From a bacterium (lineage in GTDB: Bacteria > Hinthialibacterota > Hinthialibacteria > Hinthialibacterales > Hinthialibacteraceae), in assembly GCA_963663405.2 (NCBI GenBank), contig CAXXSM010000087.1, forward strand, positions 1 to 18,576: a stretch of 18,576 nucleotides of DNA, read 5' to 3'. Under the pieces are notes generated by a model. It did no database searches. It was not told the origin of the DNA and worked only from the letters and a program-made list of their open reading frames with translations. Both the position numbers and the translations under genes were made by a program. Numbering within the stretch: the stretch's first letter is position 1; every line of letters begins with the position of its first letter. Shown piece by piece: positions 9,688 to 18,576 of this stretch.

Positions 9688-10296
9688 GTGAGAACGATGG
9701 AAACCAAACAACCTGAATCGCATGGAATTCTCTTCGTCCGATTTCGAGATGAAGGCGATATGGCGGCTATGGAGGCGATCATGAATCATTACTATCGTCC
9801 CTTGTTCACATATCTTATGCGGATGTTGAAAAGCCGGGAAGATGCGGAAGATTCTCTTCAGGAAGTCTGGTTAAAAGTAATCCATCAGAGAAAAACCTAT
9901 AAAGATCAAGGCCAGTTCTCTTCCTGGTTATACCGGATCGCTCATAATTACTGTCTGGATCTGTACCGGAAGCGAAATCGACGCCCGTTTCTTGCGCAAG
10001 AAACAGAATGTGAAGACGGGACCGGGCTGCTCGACCTGCTTCCAAGCGCGGAACAAACCCCGTTTGAAATCGCTGTCGATAATGAAAACATGATCCGATT
10101 GGAAGAACTGGTGGACCAATTGCCGGAACCGATCCGCGAGGTGTATCTTTTACGAAGCGTACATGAAATTCCGTTCAAAGAAATTGCGGAAATTCAAGAG
10201 TGCCCGATAGGGACCGTGCTTTCCAGAATGCATCAAGCGGTGAAACGATTGCAACAGGGGATGACGGCCAGTCAACCCGCGCATGAATCCGCGTAA
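9688..10296 (+). CDS. ECF (sigma-70 group 4) RNA polymerase sigma factor
   Basis: Region 2 is DAEDSLQEVWLK...FSSWLYRIAHNYCLDLYRK. Region 4 is LPEPIREVYLL...FKEIAEIQECPIGTVLSRMHQA. The true start may be ATG 9697. Confidence 0.95.
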   Translation: MRTMETKQPESHGILFVRFRDEGDMAAMEAIMNHYYRPLFTYLMRMLKSREDAEDSLQEVWLKVIHQRKTYKDQGQFSSWLYRIAHNYCLDLYRKRNRRPFLAQETECEDGTGLLDLLPSAEQTPFEIAVDNENMIRLEELVDQLPEPIREVYLLRSVHEIPFKEIAEIQECPIGTVLSRMHQAVKRLQQGMTASQPAHESA

Positions 10297-10316
10297 TTGC
10301 GATTGGAGATGATCGA

Positions 10317-10835
10317 ATGAAACCCAAAATAGCCCCTCTATTTCAGTCTTCCGGGAAAGAGGGATGCCCCTCAAAAGAACAGATGGTCCTCTTCCTGGAT
10401 GAAACCAGCGAAGCGCCCGAAAAGAAGGCGTTCCTGAATCATACCGCTCTTTGTGAATCGTGCCGCCGGGAATGGCAAACGATCAATTATTTCACCGGCG
10501 CGGGCGCTTCACTGCCCATGTATGAACCGGATCCAGCCATTCGGGATCGTGTGCTTAAAGTCGCGTCCTCCGCTGGGAACTCAGAACCATTGCCCACCAA
10601 CAAAAAAACACGGTATTATCTACGTTCTCCCGGCTGGCGTTTGACGTGGGCGGCTCTCTTTCTAGCGATTAGCTGGGTCGGAATCTCGCAGTTCCATACG
10701 ACGGAAGTCACCTCGATTCCGATTGAGCAACTCGATAGCGAAATGCTAACTCTCGAACAAGATCTGGAAGAACTCCAGTTCGAACTCGGGATGGATGTTT
10801 CTGGATACTTTACGCTTACGGATGAAAGAGCATGA
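10317..10835 (+). CDS. Zinc-binding (zf-HC2/ZAS) transmembrane anti-sigma factor
   Basis: HxxxCxxC motif (HTALCESC) with an upstream Cys, one TM helix (WRLTWAALFLAISWVGI) and a short acidic C-terminal tail. Lies directly after the ECF sigma gene. Confidence 0.85.
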   Translation: MKPKIAPLFQSSGKEGCPSKEQMVLFLDETSEAPEKKAFLNHTALCESCRREWQTINYFTGAGASLPMYEPDPAIRDRVLKVASSAGNSEPLPTNKKTRYYLRSPGWRLTWAALFLAISWVGISQFHTTEVTSIPIEQLDSEMLTLEQDLEELQFELGMDVSGYFTLTDERA

Positions 10836-11584
10836 AGAATCGACGAAAGACGTTCACATTCTGTTTCTTGACAATCACAGTTCTCTTTTCCGCGTTTCTT
10901 TTTTCTACCAGCTTGGTTTTATCGGAAGAAAAGAAAGCGGATTCCAACGTGGAAAACGCTACACAGGAAGTAAAGAAATCGGGGGATGAACGTTCGGATG
11001 AAAGAATTGAATGGAGCGAACGGCGTTCATTTCGAGATAATGATCAAGAAGAAGGCCGTGGATTTGGCCCCCCTAATGGAGAACGCAGGGGCCGTAGATT
11101 CGGCCCTCCGGAGAGACCTGGTCCGGGTCCAGGATTTGGTCCACCAGGGGGAGAATTCGGATTCGACCGGGGACCTTTCCACCGGCCGCCGCGAAGTTTT
11201 CTCACTCCCGACCGGCTCGAAAAAATAAAAGAAGATTTTCCGGATCTGGCGGAAGCCATCGAACAAACACACAGTATTTTCGAAAAAATCAAACAAACTG
11301 TGCATGAATATCACGACGAAACGGACTCTGCGATCCGTGAAGAAAAAGAAACCGAATTGAAAGAGATGTTAGAGAAGCAATTTGATTATGAATTGAAAAG
11401 ACAGAGATTGGAAATTGAAATGATGGAAAAGCGCCTTAAACAGATAAAAGGCGCTCTCGATCAACGAGAGAAATATAAAGAGAAAATTCTTGAGTCAAGA
11501 CTCAAAGAAGCGCTTGATACAAAGCCTTCCACCCGCGAGGATCGCAACAACGAGTCAACATCCTTTCCAAAAAAAGAAGAATAA
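10832..11584 (+). CDS. Exported helical protein (Spy/CpxP-like accessory of the ECF operon) with a GPP-rich low-complexity linker
   Basis: N-terminal signal peptide, a GFGPP/PGPGP repeat tract and a highly charged coiled-coil C-terminal half. ATGA overlap with the anti-sigma stop. The Spy/CpxP assignment is inferred from context. Confidence 0.7.
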   Translation: MKNRRKTFTFCFLTITVLFSAFLFSTSLVLSEEKKADSNVENATQEVKKSGDERSDERIEWSERRSFRDNDQEEGRGFGPPNGERRGRRFGPPERPGPGPGFGPPGGEFGFDRGPFHRPPRSFLTPDRLEKIKEDFPDLAEAIEQTHSIFEKIKQTVHEYHDETDSAIREEKETELKEMLEKQFDYELKRQRLEIEMMEKRLKQIKGALDQREKYKEKILESRLKEALDTKPSTREDRNNESTSFPKKEE

Positions 11585-11715
11585 ACCAATCTTTAAAAAT
11601 ATTTGATTCAGGCTCCCACACTTTATTCTAAACAAAGCGTTTCTCATGCCTCCCAGCCTTCACGTTAACCTACATAGATCTTCTAACTTCTACGATCATA
11701 ATTTGTCGCATGAAT

Positions 11716-11750
11716 ACAATATGTCCTATTTATTTAATGAGACATATTGT
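11716..11750. repeat. Imperfect inverted repeat ACAATATGTCCTATT-N5-AATGAGACATATTGT (candidate activator site)
   Basis: 13 of 15 arm positions are complementary. It shares the TGTC(TC)A...TGAGACA core with the palindrome at 11858-11892. Confidence 0.6.
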
Positions 11751-11857
11751 CATAAACAGAATCTTGCCCCCCTTTTATATAAAACACAATATATTTTAAG
11801 ATAATCCTCCCTATCCAACGATTTCTTCTATCTTTCATATTCAATTGAATAATCAAT

Positions 11858-11892
11858 ATGTGTCTCACATAAATCCCATTTATGAGACACAT
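11858..11892. repeat. Inverted repeat ATGTGTCTCACATAAAT-CCC-ATTTATGAGACACAT (candidate activator site)
   Basis: The arms are perfectly complementary apart from a 2-nt bulge. Confidence 0.65.
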
Positions 11893-11988
11893 TAATCAAC
11901 CTGGAAACAATGGAAATAAGAAGAATGAAATACTATAAGTTTAAATTAATGAGCATGTTGAACAATTTTTTAATCGCAGGTCATTCTT

Positions 11989-12004
11989 TGGAATGGATCA
12001 TGCG
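11989..12004 (+). promoter_or_regulatory. Putative sigma-54 (-24/-12) promoter
   Basis: TGGAATG-GATC-ATGCG has GG-N10-GC spacing and resembles TGGCACG-N4-TTGC. It lies ~40 nt upstream of the GGAGG site and ATG 12046. Confidence 0.45.
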
Positions 12005-12045
12005 ACTATTAACCAATACTAATTAATGGATAGGGAGGTAAATTA

Positions 12046-12558
12046 ATGAATTCTCGATCCTTAGTGGCATATATAAAAGACAACAAATTTATTTATAAGA
12101 ATAAATTGATCCGTTGGCCCCATTACACAGGAATGGGCTATTTTAAATTTTCCCTGGAAACTCTATTCGGCGAAACATTGTGGAGCAACGATGGAACGAC
12201 TGGAAGGAACGTGGAACCTTCTCGAGTGATTCCACTAGCGGTAAAAAAAGGCTTCTTCTCAATCCGGCTGGGCGACAAAAAATTTAAAAATATGATGTCA
12301 GAGATCCATTCGTCCATTCTAGAACATACTGATGTCTATCTGCGAGTCTGGTTTAGCGCGGATAAAGTCACATTTATCCGTTGGGCGCACCACGCGCATG
12401 ACCTGTTCAATACGAATAAGAATGAGAAAAAACAATCCGAAGTGATCACACTTGTTTTAGAAGACAACTACGGCCTGCCTTCTCAATCCACCAATCCAAT
12501 CAAACCAACAGGAACGGAAGCATACATTCGTCGATACGCGTACGGAAAAGTTGTATAG
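12046..12558 (+). CDS. Hypothetical protein resembling the N-terminal module of large secreted fibre/collagen-like proteins (FKF.L...WSNDGT...EP...LGD...YLRVWF); possibly a remnant
   Basis: 170-aa ORF with a good GGAGG ribosome-binding site. The motif string GYFKFSL-TLWSNDGTT-VEPS-LAVKKGFFSIRLGD-VYLRVWFS is recognised from recall only. No signal peptide. Confidence 0.6.
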   Translation: MNSRSLVAYIKDNKFIYKNKLIRWPHYTGMGYFKFSLETLFGETLWSNDGTTGRNVEPSRVIPLAVKKGFFSIRLGDKKFKNMMSEIHSSILEHTDVYLRVWFSADKVTFIRWAHHAHDLFNTNKNEKKQSEVITLVLEDNYGLPSQSTNPIKPTGTEAYIRRYAYGKVV

Positions 12559-12724
12559 ATTTCGAATCCTACTTTACTAGTTTCCTTGATCATCATCATC
12601 CAAAGTCAAGCAAATCTACTTGATACCTTCCTCTTTTTTTATCTCAAATGAATAAGATTGATGCAACAAAACATTGCACCATCCTACTAAAAATAACAAA
12701 AAAACATTGTAACCCAAAATTCTA

Positions 12725-12753
12725 TTGACAAATTTTATATATATTCTTATAAT
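12725..12753 (+). promoter_or_regulatory. Perfect-consensus sigma-70 promoter
   Basis: TTGACA (12725-12730), 17 nt, TATAAT (12748-12753), with A-tracts upstream. It lies ~117 nt before ATG 12871. Confidence 0.8.
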
Positions 12754-12870
12754 GAATTCGATTTTCCCATCCTATATTTTACATTCCTTATGCCATGAAT
12801 CATAATGAGGGCGCTGAGAAGCGAAATTCCAACCTACTCACAATTGGAGTAAAACTGAGGGAGAGAAACC

Positions 12871-15800
12871 ATGAGAAAGAATCGTATCTTAAAAAGCCTT
12901 ATCTTCATCAGCGCGATTCTATTGATCGGAGCCTTGCCCAACATCTCTTATTCCGCCTTGTTTACCATTAGTGGCGGAACGATTTCATCAAACACAACGT
13001 GGGGACCAAATACGAACGACACCTACCATGTAACTGGAAACATCACAATTAACGATGGTATAACCCTACAAATCAACCCAGGAACCACAGTCAAATTTGT
13101 TCTCGGCGTACAAATGACTGTATATGGAACGTTAGACGCGAATGGGATTGAAAGCAACAAGGTTGTCTTCACGTCCGTGAATGACGACAGTTATGGAGAT
13201 ATCATTTCTGGCTCCTCTTCCACTCCCACGGCAGGGGATTGGGATGGGATTTTCTTGAATGGTGGGGGCAATTACGATGGCATTGGACAATTCGACTATT
13301 GTATCCTCCGCTACGGTGGAACCGCCACCACAGGCTCCGACCCCGACGCCAATGTGTATTTTTATTATTCCGATTCGGGGTATTTCAACTACAGCGTAAG
13401 TGAATATAGCAGCCAACATGGAGTGAAGATTAATAATTGCTCACCCTCACTGACAAATAGCGCATTCCAGAATAATGGAACGGCGGCGACCCACGATGGG
13501 ATCTATGCTTCAGGCACAAGCGCCGCGCCCACTATTACAGACAATGAATTTCACAATAATCTAGGCTATGGAGCCTACATGAACAATATCTCTTTAACCA
13601 GTTATTCGGGGAACACAGGCAGTGGAAATGGGATCAACGGTTTTGGTGTCATTGGCACAATCAAAGCCAATCGTACGTGGTCCAGTTCCAGCGCATTTCC
13701 CTTCGTGATTCCCGGCGCCGTAACCGTAAATGATAATCTTACTCTTACGATCGATGCAGGGACGATTCTTAAGGGGAATTCATCCGGTCAATTGACAGTT
13801 TACGGAACGTTGGACGTGAATGGAACTTCTGGTATTGGCAACAATGTAGTCTTCACTTCGTTGAAAGATGACAACTATGGTGGTAACACGGACGGCGACA
13901 ATGGAGACGCCTCTCCCGGCGATTGGCGTGGGATTTTCTTGAATGGTGGAGGCAATTACGATGGCATTGGACAATTCGACTATTGCATCCTCCGCTACGG
14001 TGGAATCGCCACCACAGGCTCCGACCCCGACGCCAATGTGTATTTTTATTATTCCGATTCGGGGTATTTCAACTACAGCGTAAGTGAATATAGCAGCCAA
14101 CATGGAGTGAAGATTAATAATTGCTCACCCTCACTGACAAATAGCATATTCCAGAATAATGACAACCATGGGATCTATGCGTCAAACACCAGTTCCGCGC
14201 CTATCATTACAAATAATCAATTTCACAATAATCTAGGCTATGGAGCCTACATGAATAATATCTCTTTAACCAGTTATTCGGGGAACACAGGCAGTGGAAA
14301 TGGGATCAACGGTTTTGGTGTCATTGGCACAATCAAAGCCAATCGTACCTGGTCCAGTTCCAGCGCATTTCCCTTCGTGATTCCCGGCGCTGTAACCGTA
14401 AATGATAATCTAACTCTTACGATCGATGCAGGGACGATTCTTAAGGGGAATTCATCCGGTCAATTGACAGTTTACGGAACGTTGGACGTGAATGGAACTT
14501 CTGGTATTGGCAACAATGTAGTCTTCACTTCGTTGAAAGATGACAACTATGGTGGTAACACGGACGGCGACAATGGAGACGCCTCTCCCGGCGATTGGCG
14601 CGGGATTTTCTTGAATGGTGGAGGCAATGACGATGGCATCGGACGATTCGACTATTGCATCCTCCGCTACGGTGGAACCGCCACCACGGGCGACGACCCC
14701 GACGCCAATTTGTATTTTTATTATTCCGATTCAGGGTATTTCAACTACAGCGTAAGTGAATATAGCAGCCAACATGGAGTGAAGATTCACTATTGCTCAC
14801 CCTCACTGACGAATAGCATATTCCAGAATAATAATAACCATGGGATCTATGCGTCAAACACCAGCTCCGCGCCTACCATTACAAACAATGAATTTCACAA
14901 TAATCTAGGCTATGGAGCCTACATGAACAATATCTCTTTGACCAGTTATTCGGGGAACACGGGCAGTGGAAATGGGATCAACGGTTTTGGTGTCATTGGC
15001 ACAATCAAAGCCAATCGTACGTGGTCCAGTTCCAGCACATTTCCTTTCGTGATTCCCGGCGTTGTAACCGTAAATGATAATCTTACTCTTACGATCGATG
15101 CAGGGACGATTCTTAAGGGGAATTCGTCCGGTCAATTGACAGTTTACGGAACGTTGGACGTGAATGGCGCTTCTGGTATTGGCAACAATGTAGTCTTCAC
15201 TTCATTGAAAGATGACAACTATGGTGGTAACACGGACGGCGACAATGGAGACGCCTCTCCCGGCGATTGGCGCGGGATTTTCTTGAATGGTGGAGGTAAT
15301 GACGATGGCATCGGACGATTTGATTATAGCATCCTCCGTTACGGTGGAAATGGAACCACGGGCGCCGACGCCGACGCTAATGTTTATTTTTATTATTCCG
15401 ATTCGGGGTATTTCAACTACAGCGTAAGTGAATACAGTTACCAAGATGGAATCCGTGTCTATAATTCATCCCCCTCGTTTGTGAATGCAGTTATTCGTCG
15501 AAACGCGACTCCGTCTAGCACAGGAGGAGGATTTTATTTCTCTGGTTCCAGTTCCACATTAATGAATACTACAGTCGCAAATAATTCGTGCGCATCAAGT
15601 GGAAATGGTGGAGGACTATATTGCACTTCAAGTTCCAATATAACCATTACAAACTCCATCTTTTGGGACAACAGCCCGTATCAGATTTATCAAGCAGGCT
15701 CCGGCGTCAGTATTTATTATTCGGACATCCAAGGAGGACCGGGGGGAATCGCCGGAACCGGCTCTCTCTTCTATTCCCCAACCAACATCAACTTAGATCC

Positions 15801-16612
15801 ACTATTCGCCGATCCCAGCAATAATAACTACCGCTTGCAATTTGGCAGTCCATGCTTGAACCGTGGAACGCCATCCGGCGCGCCTGTCGTCGATATCGAC
15901 GGCAATCCCCGCCCAGATCCAGCCGGGTCCTCACCCGACATGGGCGCATATGAAAGCGCGCTGGGGTGGCAATCGTACTTAGTCAATGGTGACGGCGCCG
16001 GAGGAGGCAGCGGCCGATACTGGTTACCCGGCGGTGTTGACGGCTATTTCGACGCACGGTTAATCGCCGCGCAACAGATTGTCGGGGGGCGTCCCAACCT
16101 TTCCATCTTGGTGCGCCGATCGCGACACAACGATCAAACTCGCCATTTGGTATCCTCACGTGAGTCTCTACGACGCCATCACGGCCGAGTCTTCCGGTTG
16201 CTCCCTAATTGGAAATCCAGAAAACTTAGATTTAGTCATGTTCCTATTAGTGTTGTACCGGGATGGTTATTTTGTGGACATTGATATTGGTGGAACGTTG
16301 TATACCGCCACAAATAACGAAATCCAAGCGGCGATCTGGAAACTTCTATTCAATGGTAATGTGCCTTCGATAGGCGGTGATGGAATCGCCAGCGGAGGCT
16401 TCATATCCTGGAATCCAATTCTCGCCGATTGGTTGTATGATTACGCGCTGACACATGGAACGCTTCCTGACTATACCACATATCCAAATTTACCGATTGT
16501 AGTCATCATCGACTGCGGCGACCAAGTCAATCTACTCGAAATCCCCTATTGGCTCTATCAAGAATTGGATAATCTAGGCATCGTTACAAGTTGTCCAGTT
16601 TCAACACCATAA
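12871..16612 (+). CDS. Large secreted right-handed beta-helix repeat protein with a choice-of-anchor-Q-like module and a C-terminal thioester-domain-like region (~1246 aa after removing one G at 16084-16089)
   Basis: Signal peptide (MRKNRILKSLIFISAILLIGALPNISYSA), N/G/S/T-rich beta-helix repeats and NINLDPLFADP..NYRLQFGSPCLNRG..DIDGNPRP...DMGAYE. Deleting one G in a G6 run joins ORF 12871-16284 to ORF 16079-16612 (..QQIVGGVPTFPSWCAD..). A terminator follows 16612. Confidence 0.85.
13237..15438 (+). repeat. Intragenic tandem repeat, ~3.3 copies of a 672-684 bp (224-228 aa) unit
   Basis: GGGATTTTCTTGAATGGTGG recurs at 13246, 13930, 14602 and 15274 (spacings 684, 672, 672). The units are near-identical at the DNA level. 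Confidence 0.95.
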
Positions 16613-16636
16613 CCATTTTCCTTCGTTCCATTACTC

Positions 16637-16664
16637 AGGGCGCTCGATTCAGAGCGCCCTTTTT
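16637..16664 (+). terminator. Rho-independent terminator
   Basis: AGGGCGCTC-GATTCA-GAGCGCCCT followed by TTTT, 25 nt after stop 16612. Confidence 0.8.
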
Positions 16665-16726
16665 CATCCTCCCAATCTATATGATAATACATCGAATCGA
16701 ATCCCATTTTCGAATTAAGGGAGGAT

Positions 16727-18493
16727 ATGATGAGCCGGTTTGGTTTATCGAAAGTAATTCCACTTTGGTTAATCATTCCCATAATCTGTTTTCCAAGCCC
16801 TGGTTTCACCGCTGAAGACAATTTTCAAACAATAGCAAATCGAGCGCATGAAGTCAGCGAGTCGTTGGAGAATGATATACCGCTGTGTCAATCCGCCGTT
16901 CTCGAGAGGATGAAGAACGGCGCCGAATGGCTCACGGCCTTGGATCGGTGTACATCAAAGCGGAAATTAGAAGAAGCGCAGCAAGGAAATAAAGCAGGGC
17001 AATTCGTGGGAAAACTCATAGGTGTTGAGAAAACCTATGAATCACTGCAATTCGCTGCTTTCGCCTTGCACTGGGAATCAATTTTACAAAGAAATGCGCC
17101 TTTATCATTGCGGACAGAGCGCTCTCTTGAACTGCAGCGGGTGATTGCCAACGATCAAACCAATCCCGAAGAACAGCGCCGTCAATTAAATTCCCTTCAA
17201 CAACTCGCGGAAGAAGCTCTTCTTGAAATAGAGGCCCTCGACCGGATTGAACGCTTCCGCCGCAAAAACTGTACGATTGTCGTCACAGATAAATCCGGCT
17301 CGCCAGTGGCGAATGTCAGCGTTCAGCTGCGTCAGACACGCCATGCGTTCCTGTTCGGATGCAATATCTTCACGTGGAGCGGGGGGGATGGTGAAACCGA
17401 ACGCCTCTATCGAGATCAATTCGCCGATTTATTAAATTTCGCCACCCTCGGTTTCTACTGGGCGGGATACGAACGCCGCCCCGGAACGACGATGGAAAAA
17501 CACCGGCGCGATATAGCGGAATGGTGCAAAAACAATGGGATTCTCTGCAAAGGTCATCCACTCGTATGGAACTACGCCGATCCCCACTGGGCGCCGGATG
17601 ATCCAGATGAACTCTACCGGCTGCAAATGGAGCGGATCACGCGGGAAATGACTGCGTTTGCTGGATTGATCGATATCTGGGATGTCGTAAATGAGGTTAC
17701 CGCGTTTCGACCGGAAATCCTTTATAGAGAAAGCGCCGAAAATGACCGCGATGTGGGCAAAACATGGGCAGATGGAAATGCCCCGCAAAGCGTTCCAAAT
17801 TGCCCGGAAAGCGAATCCCAACGCGACTCTCTTGATCAACGATTACTACTATAAAACACAGGAAGAAGCCAACCGGGACAATTCGATCGCCGGAGATAAA
17901 CACGAGATTTATGAAGACGTGATCGAAGCGCTCGTGAATAAAAACGGAAAGAGATTATACGATGCGATCGGGCTTCAATCCCACATGCACGGAGGCCCCT
18001 GGAAAACAGAGAAAATCCTATCGCTTGTCAAACGGTTCGCGAAGTACGGCGTTCCCCTTCATTTCACGGAAACAACTATCGTCTCCGGACCTCGTGATGG
18101 AAGAAACTGGGGAGAAACCACGCCGGAAGGGGAGAAGACACAAGCCGATGAAGTGGAGCGATTCTACCGGACCGTATTCTCCTGCCCTGAAGTCGAAGCG
18201 CTCACCTGGTGGGATTTCTCGGACCGTTACGCATGGCAACAGGCTCCATCCGGTCTGCTGCGCAAGGACATGACCCCCAAACCAGCGTATTCACGCCTTC
18301 ATAAATTAATCAAAGAAGAATGGTGGACAAATGAAACGGAAAAGACGGACGCGCAGGGAACGGCGTGTCTACGTGGATTCATGGAGATTATCAAATTACC
18401 GTCACGACAGAAGATGGAAAAACCATCGAAACAGAGATTCGTCTCACTAAAGATGGAAAAGACACTGCGCGCGTTGAGATTGTTCTTGAATAA
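16727..18493 (+). CDS. Secreted glycoside hydrolase family 10 (endo-1,4-beta-xylanase-like), two frameshifts
   Basis: Signal peptide, then QTRHAFLFGCN, LNFATLGFYW..YE, KGHPLVW, WDVVNE (acid/base), LLINDY, IGLQSHMH, LHFTE (nucleophile), TWWDF and GLLRKDMTPKPAY. There is an extra T at ~17705-17707. A base is missing at ~18380; restoring it gives RGF.GDYQITVT...VEIVLE with the stop at 18493. Confidence 0.88.
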
Positions 18494-18530
18494 ACCTAGC
18501 TATATATAAAAAAATCGGCTCAGATTGAAT

Positions 18531-18562
18531 GAAAAATCTCCATCCTTGGATGGAGATTTTTC
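18531..18562. terminator. Perfect inverted repeat, likely bidirectional intrinsic terminator
   Basis: GAAAAATCTCCATCC-TT-GGATGGAGATTTTTC has 15-bp arms with A and T tracts at the ends and lies just downstream of the GH10 gene. Confidence 0.8.
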
Positions 18563-18576
18563 TATTTCTCACGCAC

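Noticed and set aside
13237-15438. Repeats as a CRISPR array or a DGR template/variable repeat pair
   Set aside because: The units are in-frame ~672-bp coding repeats without spacers. There are no cas or reverse-transcriptase genes in the window, and the differences are not adenine-specific.
13132-15444. Repeated minus-strand ORFs (13132-13419, 13780-14103, 14905-15135, 15202-15444)
   Set aside because: They are antisense by-products of the tandem repeat in the beta-helix gene.
16079-16612. Independent 177-aa gene
   Set aside because: It has a TTG start without a clear ribosome-binding site and overlaps the upstream ORF by ~200 bp. A single G deletion fuses the two cleanly.
17691-18509. Separate second GH10 gene
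   Set aside because: It is the C-terminal half of one catalytic barrel (WDVVNE upstream, HFTE here) split by a 1-nt insertion. The tail to 18509 is out of frame.

Overview
Bacterial window, probably from a diderm organism (inference). Single-base indels break the genes near both ends, which looks like long-read assembly error. From left to right: (1) a minus-strand sugar-activation pair, a GalU-like nucleotidyltransferase followed by a ~1100-aa GHMP-kinase/UDP-sugar-pyrophosphorylase fusion, both split by many frameshifts; (2) a small membrane protein; (3) an AT-rich two-gene cassette, an HD-superfamily (SAMHD1/YwfO-like) putative dNTP hydrolase coupled to a YwgA/Panacea-like protein, which is a candidate toxin-antitoxin or defence module; (4) a vWA-domain membrane protein divergent from an ECF sigma / zinc anti-sigma / periplasmic-protein operon; (5) an AT-rich region with two related palindromes and a sigma-54-like promoter before an orphan-domain ORF; (6) a ~1246-aa secreted beta-helix protein driven by a perfect sigma-70 promoter, with ~672-bp near-identical tandem repeats, a choice-of-anchor-Q-like module and a C-terminal domain bearing thioester-domain (TED)-like Cys/Gln motifs just after a G6 frameshift; (7) a frameshifted GH10 xylanase-like gene with a strong terminator. 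The best novelty candidates are the beta-helix + TED protein and the HD + YwgA/Panacea cassette.
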